Below, piece by piece: positions 24,611 through 36,749 of a DNA stretch of 64,000 nucleotides; position 1 is the stretch's first letter; every line of letters begins with the position of its first letter. This stretch comes from Marsupella aquatica. Lineage: Eukaryota; Plantae; Marchantiophyta. The stretch spans positions 9,623,761-9,687,760 of the forward strand of contig OZ316898.1 of assembly GCA_973895155.1 (NCBI GenBank), written 5' to 3'. The translations under genes and the position numbers were made by a program. Under the pieces are notes generated by a model, which had not been told where the DNA came from, ran no database searches, and saw nothing but the letters and a program-made list of their open reading frames with translations.

Positions 24611-27600
24611 AGAATCATTTGATATTAATAACTGCAGCAAACAAATATGTCCCAAAATACGTAAGTAGTTTCATGCACTTATCCAGTTGAAATGTGGAAT
24701 ATGACATCTAGGGGTATGAAGAGTCAAATGTGTGTGGCCCAACAACACAACAGGGAAGTGCATGAGTGCTTTTCCATGCACGCATGGAGAAGTGCACAAT
24801 TGATGTCCCATGCACTTATATGGTATGGATAAGTGCTGGCTAATCAATGGTGTCCTCCAGGAGCCTACACTTAAACTTCGTTCACTGTACCTTAATAACC
24901 TACAATGCTATGTAAACCAGACTATATACTTGAAAATTAATCCGTGGACCCCCATGTTCATCCAAGGAATGTGTGTGTGATGAAGTGAAATCAATTTTCA
25001 GCAAGGCGATAACCGATTGTTTTGAGTCTCCCGGTGGTCTTGGTTGAGATGATCTCTCTGGTTTAGCAAACACAAGGTTGAATGTGGAGGAATTCAGTTT
25101 TTATGGTTTTCACTTACACATTGGAGAAATCATGTTTCTACCATTCCTGATTGATCGTTTGTGAGTTACGTTAAGCATTATCGCCACAAGACAGATCGGA
25201 GGACAACACTCAACTGTTGGCAAAAGGGCACTCAGTTGTCATTTCGGTGAGAAGAATGCACAAAATGGATGAGCCATCACTTCACATGAAGGTTTTGTAC
25301 TTTTATTATTTAAGACAACTATGGTGTGAGGGGGAGACCAGCGATTGTTTCTTTGACATAGAGGTTGCATTTGGCGTCAACCTGTGTTGAGAGTGAGCTT
25401 TAGTTGAAGCCTGGAGGGATGCAAATAATTCAAGCCGGAAAGCAAGCATTGCAGACAAGCAATGATGACATAATCAAAGAAATTAATTTGCAACGGCTCA
25501 GTTTGTGATGGTGACGGGATTATAACATCCCTTAATCGAGAAAGTGTTTCCACTGAGCTTCAGATTGACAAATTTTGTCAAGTTCAAAATGAGTATTTGA
25601 ATTTCTCTACCTTTCCCATGAGTGTGACTATAAGAAATTTTGATCATGAATTCATGAATTCTTTTAGCTTTCTTTATCAAATTTCATGTCAGATTTATTA
25701 TCTAGTTTTTTAATGTGTGACATTGGGAGTATTTGTCAACAATTAGAGAGATCATGAGTATCTGGATTTCTCTAGCTTTCTAATGAACCTAACATTGATA
25801 GATTTTGTCAAGTACTAAGAAAATGATGAGTTTCTAAGTTTGCTCTAACTTTCCAATGAGTGTGGCATTGAGAGATTTTATCAAGACAGTACTACAGAGG
25901 TCATGAGTTTCTAAATCTTAATCTTAAGCTTTCCAATGAATCTAACACTGATAGATTTCATCATGTACTAAGGAGATTGATTATTTAGTTTTACAATTTG
26001 GAGCCAAAGGGGTTCTAACTATGTACATTTCTATCGATTGGTTTGTTCAAACTTGCAAACAATTAAAAATTATATAAGCATTTTGATGTAAAACACTGAT
26101 ATATCATTGACAAATATTAGAATGATAACTTTATTTTACTAAATGACATCTCTTCCTTTGTATTTTGGTTTTTTTTACATTGAATATTTACGGCATGGTG
26201 CCCCAAAAATTACATTGCTTCTACCACAAACATGAATGTGCACTTTTGTTACTATCAAAAATAGTATCTTTCCTGTTTGTGACTGGTTGTGCTGATGTGG
26301 TGCAACCTCGTGGCAAGGAATTTGCCAGGGACATCTCATGGAGGTCCGTAAAGAGTTAGAGACTCGTAGGAATGCAAAAAAAGATGATGGACTACTAGCT
26401 AATGTTTAAAAAGTTCCGGTATAGCATATTCATTTTGGAACATGTTTCACTTTTTGTCTTGTATTGATGTCTAAGTGATCTACTATAGTTTCTTTAAGAT
26501 AAAATACAATTGTAGAAGTACAATACATCCAAAGAAAATAGTATTTGCAAGAGTGAGTGCGATAAAACACAAAAGTAGGTAGGGCACTTGTGAAGAAAAG
26601 TACATAATGACCAGGACAAGAGGTAATTATATGCTTAATGGGACCCTTGCCAAAACAAATTTATGTGATGGCCCCTATGAAACTTTTGTTACAAAACGTA
26701 CTAGGCCCCCCCCCACAAAAATGTAGGCCTCTGATGTAGGTTCCAGACACTTGGTTCTTACATGGTGATCAATTCCATGGTCAACCATACATTTCCCATC
26801 AACTTCCACCTCACGCCATGCACATCTTAGTCCACTTCATGTAAGTCTATGCTTAAACCCTAAATGGATTATATCTTTACATAATTATAGAGTTTTAGGG
26901 GATCCGTTGCTAGAAATTATAGTGACTGGGTGTAGAACATTTTGTCTAGTTCTTGCGAGCTAGCAAAATTTTCCTGTTATGATTGACTTTGTGTTGCCTT
27001 TGTTTCGCACTTAGAAAATTTTTGAAAGTTGCAACAGATGTTAGGTTTTGACTCACCCTTGCTAGGTTAACTAGAGTAAGTTAACCGGAGTTAACATTAG
27101 TTGACTAGACTCTTCATGAAGGGATAACCCTCTTTGTATCCCATGGAACGGAGCACTTAGTTGAGAACTTTGTATGAGAGATAGTTTGGACCATGGAGCT
27201 ATGCCTGGGGATATGTAAATTTCATGTTCATAGTGAAGCTCTTGGTGCGATCGTGAATGTAACCCTAACATGGTGAACCATGTGTGTTTGTGTCGGTGTA
27301 CTCAAGTGCTACATGAGTGATGATTATGAGACGTCATGTTAAATCTATTTTGATCCTATAACAAGGGCAAACAATCAAAAATAAAATATCTTTGGTTCCT
27401 TCTATATTTAGACAAATTTGGGGTCTAGATGTGAGAAGACAACATCCATTTTGTCTTTGTTCCACATTTTGAAATTTTTTGAAAGACACATATTATGGGC
27501 CAATGGCCAAAAATAGAGGATTCATTCCATACTTAGACAAAAGAGTACTAAAGAGAAACATCAAAACATCATGCAAACCCTATATTAAATAGATCCACAG

Positions 27601-27899
27601 TTCCCCCCACAATGTAGTTTATCATTTAATACGGTTTGACTCTAAACTTTACCATAGCGCTTGTTGGTGATAAGATCAAGCTAAAATAGGTATATGGTAC
27701 AAGGATAATGAAGAGTTTCTTACACAAGTTCAGAGCCTAGTTTGCATGTGATAATTTTCAACCAGGCTAGGGTGTTGCCAAGCGTGAGCAGTTGGATTTG
27801 AGCGAAGGCCTTTTCCCTTTGTTTTTGTCCTCATGGCCTTCTTTTGACAGAAGGTATCAGTGGCACTTTAGGGGGCGCGCCCAGGCTTTCACTATTCTT

Positions 27900-29450
27900 T
27901 GTAGGGCCGAGGCAGTCAATTTTAGGGCCTCTAGGTAGATTCCCCTTCGTGACCCTCCTATGCAGTTTACTCCATAGCTCTACTATCTAGGTATAGGCTT
28001 TCCAATTGCCTAGTTCAAGTGGTGGACCTAGCCACCCAACGCCCTCACCAATCCCAACACTCACGCCTAAGTGCCCCTGGTGCCCGAACGCCTCCACGAA
28101 ATACCTTGAGCAAGCCCCCTAGTGCCCCTTTGCACCGCCAGCGACCCCTCCCATACGAAGCCGCACTTTCTCTTCAACACGACCGCTACTCAATGGTCCT
28201 CACTGTCTGCACAAGCAACCAAGCACCTCGATAAGTAACCCTTCAGGATCTAGAACTCGCCAAGTCTAGCATCCTAACTCAAGCTCAACAGACATTGGTA
28301 AATAGGTCAGCGATAGGTCCTCCCGATGCCATAAGCCAGAACCAGAACCCACGCCCACTATTCGTCCAGAATAGCTCCTTCCTTGGGCGCGGCCCGGGTT
28401 CCCCCTCGTACCTATCCATCATCAACTGACCGCCCTGACCCTAGGACATGCTCATGGCCCAAATAGTGTAGCTTGTCCTAAAGCTTGTCCCAAGCTTGTC
28501 CCAACATGTTGGGACCAAAATGGCCCGACTCTAGCAACCAACTCCCGATTCGCCTCACTGATGGTCTAGGGGCCGAACACTCTTGGAACTCAACCCCCAC
28601 ACCTACTTGGCCTTGTCTCCCCAACGCAAGTTCCCTTGGGAGACTGAACGCGGCTTGGCTAATGTTCGGCAGGATTTGGCAAGTGGGCGAGTAAACACCC
28701 ACAAACCCCGAGAACCCATGGTGCCCCTAGACCCAGCTGAGCTCAAGAGGACATAGCCCTTGTCAAGAGCTTTCCAATGCACCCAAGAAGTCCTCCAACG
28801 GACTTCCCGTTGGGAAGATATAGTCGTTTTCATTTGGCGGTTTTCCTTAGTGTCGCGACCGCCGCGGCTCACGATTTCGGCTCGCCCTTAGCCCCCAGGT
28901 TGACACCACTCCCCTCATATATGCTTTTGGAGACCTGCCACCCTCAGATTAGCTTTGGTCCCTAAACATTTGGCCCCCAACCCGGAACCTATCGAGCATA
29001 ATGGGCGAGCACCAACTGACAACGCCCATAACTTTCTCGTTAGGCATCCGCAAGCGGAGTGCCTTAGCCCGTTGTGATCGGGCCGACCCAGTGCTCATGT
29101 CTAGATCATCAGGTCTCATCGCCGCTTGGGGCCCCTGATCAGCCCAACCCGGATCGGGCCATAACTTGCGCCCCAAACGTTCGTTGCCCATGGCGTCAAC
29201 TTCAGAGGAGCTCACACTCAAGCCCTCAGAACTCAAAGTCCATCTGGAGGTCCGGACGGTTGTCCGTGAGCCTGGCCTATTTCCCCTTGACCCGACCATC
29301 TCTCAGCTAGTCCAAGTCCTTAGTGTGTGTCACCAGCTTGGCTCCTTGCCTTCGCTAGTGCCACGTCTCGTTGCCCACAAGTCTCCCCATGCCAAGTCCT
29401 CCCCAGATGGCCTATCCGGGCCTGGACCATAAGGGAGCTCGGCGTCGGAG
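27900..29450 (-). mobile_element. Possible degenerate LINE (L1-like) ORF1 remnant
   Basis: GC-rich, frameshifted fragments resembling DUF4283 and a zinc knuckle (KALDKGYVLL, QVGVGVEF, RVTYRG..CLCRQ*G). Weak, by-eye similarity only. Confidence 0.3.
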
Positions 29451-30631
29451 TCAACGATGCCGAAGCTAAGTGTTAACGTAATCGAGTTCCACGACTGTTC
29501 ATTACTCAGAAATTTTGATCAAGTACGTACTCTCCCACTCATAGGGTTGACCAAACCATATAAGTTTGTCTAAATATTCATGCTAGGGGAAGAACACAAA
29601 CATGCAACAAAAAGAGAGAACACCACACAAGAATTTATGAGAATCCAGCTGAATCTATATCTTTTGGTGGCCAACGTAACACATTGCATGGGCAACCCAG
29701 CCTCCTACCGTCTGCCCACCTCCTACCTCACTGGACAATGAGCATCTCTTGACCTCACTATTCCGAATCAATTCCCTACTCTTGTTGAAGGCTAATCCTC
29801 AAAACAACAACAACACACAAGCCCTACAAGGGTGAGGCAACTGCCTTGGCTGGCCACTACCCCCTGGCGGCGGCGCGAACCCCAAAACCTAACATGTGGC
29901 ACACACATGTATCACCAACCTATCCTATCCTAAGGGAGACCGACGGTGCCTTTGACGGTGCCCACTACCACCCCGCTAAACAGGACTCACTTGAGTCCAT
30001 CACCTCCTATCCTATCTATCTACCTTGCCTACCAGCCTCAATCTTCTTGATCACCACCACTAGTCCGCTGTAAAAAGAGGTGGCCCCTATAATTGTCAAA
30101 ACTCAAATTTTCTCAGAATTCACTTCTAAAAAATATCTGAGGAGCCCTGCTCTTCCTGATCACGGATTCGTAAACGGCTCCCAAAATAGATCCCGAACAG
30201 TTGAGATACGACTGTTTATCTTTTTACAGTAATTGGGGCATTGTCTCCCTCCTATCCATCCGTACAACACACCACCCCGGCTTATCAAAACACGGATCAT
30301 GGATCCCGGTATGTGCTCCTACCTCCTCCTTCCCTTGGAAAGCCAGGACCTCCTGCAGTACGAACATTTATACGGCCTCAAAACTCCCGTATTCTCAAAA
30401 AAATGCAATCCATTGTATCTCCTCCATCTTAGCTTTGTTTAGGCGGGTGTGACATGTCATTGGATTCAGCTCTGCAAGCTCTTTTCAACAAGCCCATAAA
30501 CTTCTGATTTTGAGATGGTAAAAAATTTGATGTTCGTACAACCAGGGTCTGTACACACGTTGAAAGCAAGCACAACAGGGAAAGGGTTTAGGTATGGGTG
30601 GGAACTCCAGAAGTGATAAAAAGAGAAAAAG

Positions 30632-30799
30632 GGAAGGAAGAAAGTGTGGGGGCCGCGGAGTGAGGAAGGAATGTGGGGTACTACGAAGTGAGGAAGGAAA
30701 ATGTGGGAGACTACAAAGTGAGGAAGGAAAGTGTGAGAGACTACGGAGTGAGGAAGGAAAATGTGAGTAACTACGGAGTGAGGAAAGAAAATGTGGGAG
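30632..30799. repeat. 30-bp minisatellite, about 5.5 copies
   Basis: Unit approximately AGTGAGGAAGGAAAATGTGGGAGACTACGG. Confidence 0.9.
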
Positions 30800-31618
30800 C
30801 CTCTTCCTTCTAAGGGCCCTCTCACCATCACTACTCCAAGATTGCCTAGTTTTGCCATTTTATGGGCGTTGAGGTCCCTCAAGATGTCACTATTTAATTG
30901 ATACAGACCTAAAATCAACTAGGGAACCCCAGTTTCACATGGCTCATTTAGGGCTTCAAAATGAATCCAAACATGACCATGTTTGGAATAGTACTAGCGT
31001 AGCAACGTCTATTTTAAATTTCATCATTTTCTGTATTTTGGTCATTCTTCTCATTTTGCGCCTTATGTGGAGCCTTTGGCCAGCCCCCACCCATCCGAGA
31101 TGCCCACACCTTGGCCTCCAAGTCCTTGGGCTGCCTTTTGGCCTTCTTGTACCCCCCGTGGGCCCTCACTCCATGTATATTAATGGAACCCACCTGTGAA
31201 CGGCCTCCCCTCCAAAACCCTTCAGCATTATTTTTTGCCTTTTTAAAAAGCTCTTGTTAGTATTAATAAATTATTTTTGGATCATTAAGAAAGCCCCTTG
31301 GGCTATTATAATCATCACCAAAATGACATAAAATATATCCTTCATGTGTTATAAAACTCTCAAAGAGATTCTAGATCAAAAAATTTGAATACACATTTCA
31401 CATTATAAGAAGCTATAACAAAAATAACATATGGACCATCTACATATCTCTTCACATAAAAGTAAGGAGACACATGAAATTAAAGTCAAAAGAGACTCAT
31501 GCAAGTCTCAAGATTAAAGTTGGGTTAAACATTCTACAATCTAGAGCGTCTGATACCCATAAAAGCGGTCTAACCATCTAATAAATTCTCTAAATTAAAG
31601 TGTGCTTATGGCACATGT

Positions 31619-31705
31619 TAAACAATGTCCATCCTACCATGTCTAGACACGTGTACCAATCTTTAAACAATGTCCATCCTACCCTGTCTAGACACGTGTA
31701 CCAAT
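31619..31705. repeat. Direct duplication of about 45 bp
   Basis: TAAACAATGTCCATCCTACC.TGTCTAGACACGTGTACCAAT occurs twice. Confidence 0.9.
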
Positions 31706-32199
31706 TTGGTGGTGACGCGTGTCAATCCCATATTATGCACCCTTGCAAAATACAACCTGGGATAGTTTTTTAAAAATGCCTATATTCATTATAATCAAGC
31801 ATATCATTAAACAAGGGCTTGTTAGGTTATAAGCAATTATAACAATTAGTCGAAAATAGGATTAAAAAACCCCTTGAGACGTTTGCAGGGGGGTCCCATA
31901 TTAGTTAAGCTAAGGGCCCAGGGGTACCCCCTCAATGGCGCCATTGTCATCCTTCACCGCCCAACACCCCTCTCAACTCCGGCCTCCGGTTGTTGCATCA
32001 ATTTATTAAAACTAACAAAATTTAAAAATGTGAAAATCCAAACACTTTCGCTACACCTACTTGTCGTTCTACTTGTGTACGCAAATTTTATAAGTAATCA
32101 CTAAGTTACTACCGGGTTTGGGGCCTTGTCACAAGACGGAGTGAACCCTGAAACACAACAGGAAGCAACACTGGCCTTGGGGAACATCTCAGCACAGGT

Positions 32200-33580
32200 A
32201 CTAGTAGAAAATTGCAACAAAGGTGAGAGCATGCCCCACTGCCATTGAGAGATTGACTAGTGGGACTCTTGAGAGAAGGAGTGAACCCTAAGACACAACG
32301 GCAAGCAGATGGGCCTTGGGGGCAATATATCTCAGCAGAGGTGGTGGACAATGCAAGAACAATTGGATCATTCCCTAATGCCATTGAGAGGCTTGTGGGA
32401 TTCCTGAAAGAGGACGTGGACCCTGATCTAAAAGTAGTTGCTGCATATACATTAGGGGCAATTTTGGGAGAACCAGAAATTGCAGCAAAGATTGGGTTAT
32501 TCCCTAGTGCTTTAGACAAACTTGGGACTCTTGGCAATGGAATGTGAGCCTGAATTGCAAGGTCGGGGAGCAGTAGTGCTCACATTATGTCAGTGTGAGT
32601 TGTCAAAATAGAAGAATTCTTCAAAGAGCAATATCAAAAGCCCCAAGGCTTTGGATTGCTTGTTGGAGTGTGCACATAGTGAGGCATATGAGGTAGATTT
32701 TCAATATTGTGCCACCCAAGTATAAGTTTTTGCTGTTAAAGGCAAGGGGGAGAGAACAGTTCTAAGCTTTCAGTAAGCAACGCCGGGGTTAAGGGGATGC
32801 AAAAGCCATTACAGGACACTCCCGAGGAGGAGCACTTGAAGCTTTTAACTCAAATTCTGTACTTTAAAAGCATGCTATGTTTTGAGTTAATAGCTTCAAA
32901 ACATAGCATGCGTTTTCTATATTTTGAAGTTAACTCAAAACATAGCATGCTTTTAAAGTACAGAATTTGAGTTGCCTGTTGAAAAGTCTATGACTCAGGG
33001 TTTTTGGTAGTATCAAATCTGGGAACCTCAGTCCGGGAGAACTGATAATGTTTTGTATATAATGCATCTATTTTGTACCCAATGAACATTAATTCACTGA
33101 TGGTCTTAGATCAATCATCTCGTGCAGAAGTACATCATCCGCCTATGCCTTTGTGAAGTATCTCCTTGAAGTTCCTGTACTAGTCGTCCAACAATTTTTC
33201 ATAAATTTCAGGAAGAAGTGCTATGTGAAAACAAAGCTGGCAGACTTTCAAGGGGCGCTCACAGATGCAGAGAAATGTATTCATTTGAAGAAGCCGACGA
33301 TAGACCACTTGGCTTGCAGGAAAGGGGCATATTGAAAAGAAAGATTGGAGACTTATGTGGGACAGTCACAGATTTGAATGAAGCAGTGGACGTAGAACCA
33401 GATTATGAAATGCTCAAAAATCAGGGTTTCAGTCAAGTTTTTATTGAAGGATGATGAGAGAGCCAGAGCAGATCCATAGCATGCACTCTAAGTCAAACAT
33501 CCATATTCACAGCATCGCTACAAAAATATCCAGTATTAGGATCTAGCTTAGTGGAATATTTGGGCAACAAACTCAGATAG
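32200..33580 (+). pseudogene. Fragmented ARM-repeat plus TPR protein pseudogene
   Basis: ARM-like fragments (IGSFPNAIERLVGFLKE...KVVAAYTLGAI) and TPR-like fragments (ADFQGALTDAEKCIHL; LQERGILKRKIGDLCGTVTDLNEAVDVEP; VKFLLKDDERARAD) lie in shifting frames with stops. Confidence 0.6.
32847..32973. repeat. Long perfect inverted repeat (hairpin)
   Basis: Arms 32847-32890 and 32930-32973 are exact 44-nt reverse complements. The 39-nt spacer holds a further 12/13 inner stem (CTTCAAAACATAG / CTATATTTTGAAG). Confidence 0.95.
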
Positions 33581-33863
33581 TTGGGATTGCAGATTACAAC
33601 CGTTGCAGCTTGCCTTGTGATGAAATGATTGTCCTTAGTCAAAATGACCCGGAGAGGATGGAAGCTTTGAGTATTTGGATCAAACCGTTCTTCGAGAGTT
33701 GTTGAAACGGAGCGTAAGAACACTTCCTTTGCGAAGCCAAAGCAATGCTTTCAAATTTCTTGAATTTTGCACAACAAGGTTCTTGGGAGACAATGCTTGT
33801 CCGACTTGAGCCCGGTTTCAAAACTGATTTGTATCTAATTTCTGTCTTTGAATTATTCATATG

Positions 33864-34390
33864 ATCTACTGTTCCCACATTCTCTCCGCAATATTTGTGT
33901 TCTATGTCTCAACCCCATCAATCTTTGCTGACAAATTTGTGAGTGGATTGTGGAGAGGATAATCCAAGCAATCTGTTCTTAAGCCTTGTTTGATAATCTA
34001 CTATTCCCGTACTCTCTCTGTTATATTTGTGTTCTACGTCTCAATCCCATTGGTTTTTGCTGATGAATGCATGAGTGGATTGTGAAGAGGGTAATCTGAG
34101 CGACCTGTTCTTGAGCCCTAGCTGTTCGATAATCTAGTGTTCCCACATTGTCTCTCTGTAAATATTTGTGTTCTACATCTCATCCCATCAATTTTTGCTG
34201 ATGAACGTGAGTGGATTGTGAAGAGATAATCCGAGCGACCTGTTCTTGAGCCCTGTTTGAATTGATTATCTACTGTTCACACATTCTCTCTGTAATATTT
34301 GTGTTCTACGTCTCATCCCATCAGTTTTTGCTAATGAATTTGTGAGTGGATTGTGAAGAGGATAATCTGAGCGACCTGTTCTTGAGCCCT
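33864..34390. repeat. Tandem array of about 135 bp, 4 copies
   Basis: Units start at about 33864, 33996, 34132 and 34268 (ATCTACTGTTCCC...ATATTTGTGTTCTA...GAGTGGATTGTG..GAG..TAATC...CTGTTCTT.AGCC). Confidence 0.9.
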
Positions 34391-35569
34391 CTTTGTGAGG
34401 AGATGCTAGGAACAATCCTCTGCTACATTCCCATTGTATGTATGAGCAAGGAGATTGGGGGCCATGCTACTGTAGCTGCCTGCTATCCCTTTCTGGCATT
34501 TATGGAAGGATTTGTCCTTCACACATCATATAACACCATCAAGCCAACTCTCAAGGACCAGGCAACAAATTTTGGGCATGTCTTAGCGTCTCAACATACC
34601 TACACACTAGTAGTCGAGGAAAGATTAATAGCACAACACTGCTCTTGATCTGGGAATATGAAGAGAATATGAAGATTGCCTCCAATTGATGCTTGTCATG
34701 CCTCGACCATGGCCCTCAACATTGTGGCCCTTCAAACTCTCACAATTCTTTGGGCTCAAGCCTTGAATGCCGGACCATAGGGCTTTTAGTCTTGGTTTTT
34801 CAAAGGTCGGGATTGCAAGGTGGGAACACTTGCCTACACTAGGCGTGTCAAAACAGGACCGTAAGTGAGGTATGGCCGAGGCCATAAAATGATTTTATGG
34901 CAGGGATTAAATAACTTATGAGCTACCTATATGTGTGCCTTGTAAGTATCAGACTCACAAAAAGTCACGGCCATAAGCAAGGGCACGCTCTAACTACCTC
35001 TGTTTTCCGCTTTAAAAGCCATCTAGCATCCCCATATTTGTATTGTAATTGCTCAGGGAAGGACCATAGCTCAAGAATCAATTGAGAGGTTCAAAAAAGG
35101 TGGGAGGACACCATCCCATCGCCATGTGCGACCATCTACAACTTCTGAGAAAGTAGCTCTAAGTCAATTATGTGATAATCCATAGCTTTCTCTCCCTCAA
35201 AATGAATTAAAAAAACCCTTCTGCAAGATTTCATTTGTCCATGCTGAAGTCCCCAAGTAATCAACAACAAAGTTTTTTTGCTAAGGATGGGCTCCAAAGA
35301 TGGCATTTGGCAAGAAAGAACCTAATTAAGTCACCCCAAGAAACTGAACTGAAGCTCCCAAGTTTTCAGGTTAGTGCCAGCAGTTGAACTTGATATTATT
35401 GATTGGGAGCATGGTGCATCTGGCCATTCTTTAGCACTCTCTTATCTGAAGGGAATTGGATTAGATTAATAAGCTGGTTTTGGGCCACTAAAAACTGCAG
35501 ATGTCACTCCCAGAGAATTATTTTCTCCAACAACCCCTAAAGCCTTTCCTGTTGTGGGCCTGGTGGGTG

Positions 35570-36655
35570 TCAAAACCAGCCTTGATTTCTTGTTGGAAGA
35601 TCAGTCCTTCTCACATTTGGACGTCCAATCTGAGAAATTGCCTCCCTTCGTCCCTGGTCCCAATACCTAACTATATAGTTATTCTCTTCATCAGTGTCAT
35701 ACCCCCTGTCATATTCATAATTTACACAAGCAGGATGACAGTGTCGGTATGGAGTGTCACAAGCAAGCCTGGCTCGGCCCCAGAAAATCCAGCCAACACC
35801 AGGCCTCCCCAGCTCATAGAGCTCAGCATAACCCCACTTTGCCTCACTTTGACTCTGGATAATTGGCTCTGGTGGATTATATTGTTTTCTACCATAATGG
35901 TATTGATCTTCAGGAGGTTGTCTATCAACCCATGGTGGAACCCCTTCTACCAACCCAGGTCCATCAGTTCTACGAAGATTGTCAGGGTTATCTGGACGCT
36001 CATCCCGGGAAAACCGGTATCGCGGATCAGTAAAATCATCACTGGGATCCACGTTAAAGTACCTTTGGTCATCGGGATTAACATAGTAGTAGGGTCTTGT
36101 AGTGATGGTTGGATTGCTATCTACAAAAAGACGAACCAACATATCACCTTGAATCAAAGGGAATCGCATATCTCTCTGCCATTTTACAATCGAGAACCAA
36201 AAGTTTGCTGCGTGATTGTAGTGTGGTTGAAAGGCCTCCCTTCTGATGATTACATCGCCTCGACGAGGCTTCAAATCTCTCGAATTTATATGGGGATCTA
36301 AAAGAACAGGCATGCCCACCTGGAGCAACCTCCCAGGACTTTCTCCAGGAGCATGATCGATAACACCATGCTTCATTTGGCCTTGACTGCCCATGAACTT
36401 CCATTTTGTGTCTGCCAAGGGCCAGTGTTTCCAAAGCTGTAAACCCTTGAATGGTTGGTAAAAATAAGGTTGATTACCATCTCTAGGCACTGGAAGCTGC
36501 ACATGAAACCTTGAGTTATCACAAGCCTTCCCTAAGGACAAAACTAATGCCCTGACAATGGCCTCCACCGAGTTACAGACTCCCAAAAGAATGGGCAGCA
36601 TCAAAATTATGTGATTTTGGTTTGCTTGGGAGTGACCCTTTTGTTTACTACTCAA
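35570..36655 (-). CDS. Orphan ORF, probably the 3' exon of an unknown gene (see findings)
   Basis: 361 stop-free codons rich in Pro, Asp, Arg and aromatic residues; contains KPRRGDVII and PLIQGDMLV motifs like those in the upstream ORF. Confidence 0.55.
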   Translation of the reverse strand: MSSKQKGHSQANQNHIILMLPILLGVCNSVEAIVRALVLSLGKACDNSRFHVQLPVPRDGNQPYFYQPFKGLQLWKHWPLADTKWKFMGSQGQMKHGVIDHAPGESPGRLLQVGMPVLLDPHINSRDLKPRRGDVIIRREAFQPHYNHAANFWFSIVKWQRDMRFPLIQGDMLVRLFVDSNPTITTRPYYYVNPDDQRYFNVDPSDDFTDPRYRFSRDERPDNPDNLRRTDGPGLVEGVPPWVDRQPPEDQYHYGRKQYNPPEPIIQSQSEAKWGYAELYELGRPGVGWIFWGRARLACDTPYRHCHPACVNYEYDRGYDTDEENNYIVRYWDQGRREAISQIGRPNVRRTDLPTRNQGWF

Positions 36656-36749
36656 TCTTTGTAAAGTGTTGAAATTAAAGTGATAATCTCAACATTTCAC
36701 ATGATGTGCCAAAGAGCTATAAGAATCTCACTTGATAATTAAGCCTAAT

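Noticed and set aside
25000-26400. Exon-like fragments of a decayed gene
   Set aside because: They could not be assembled into a recognisable protein.
30069-30453. Solo LTR (TG...CA)
   Set aside because: No target-site duplication, PBS or PPT flanks it.
35501-36301. 266-aa plus-strand hydrophobic ORF
   Set aside because: Most likely the antisense shadow of the minus-strand orphan ORF; it has no motif of its own.
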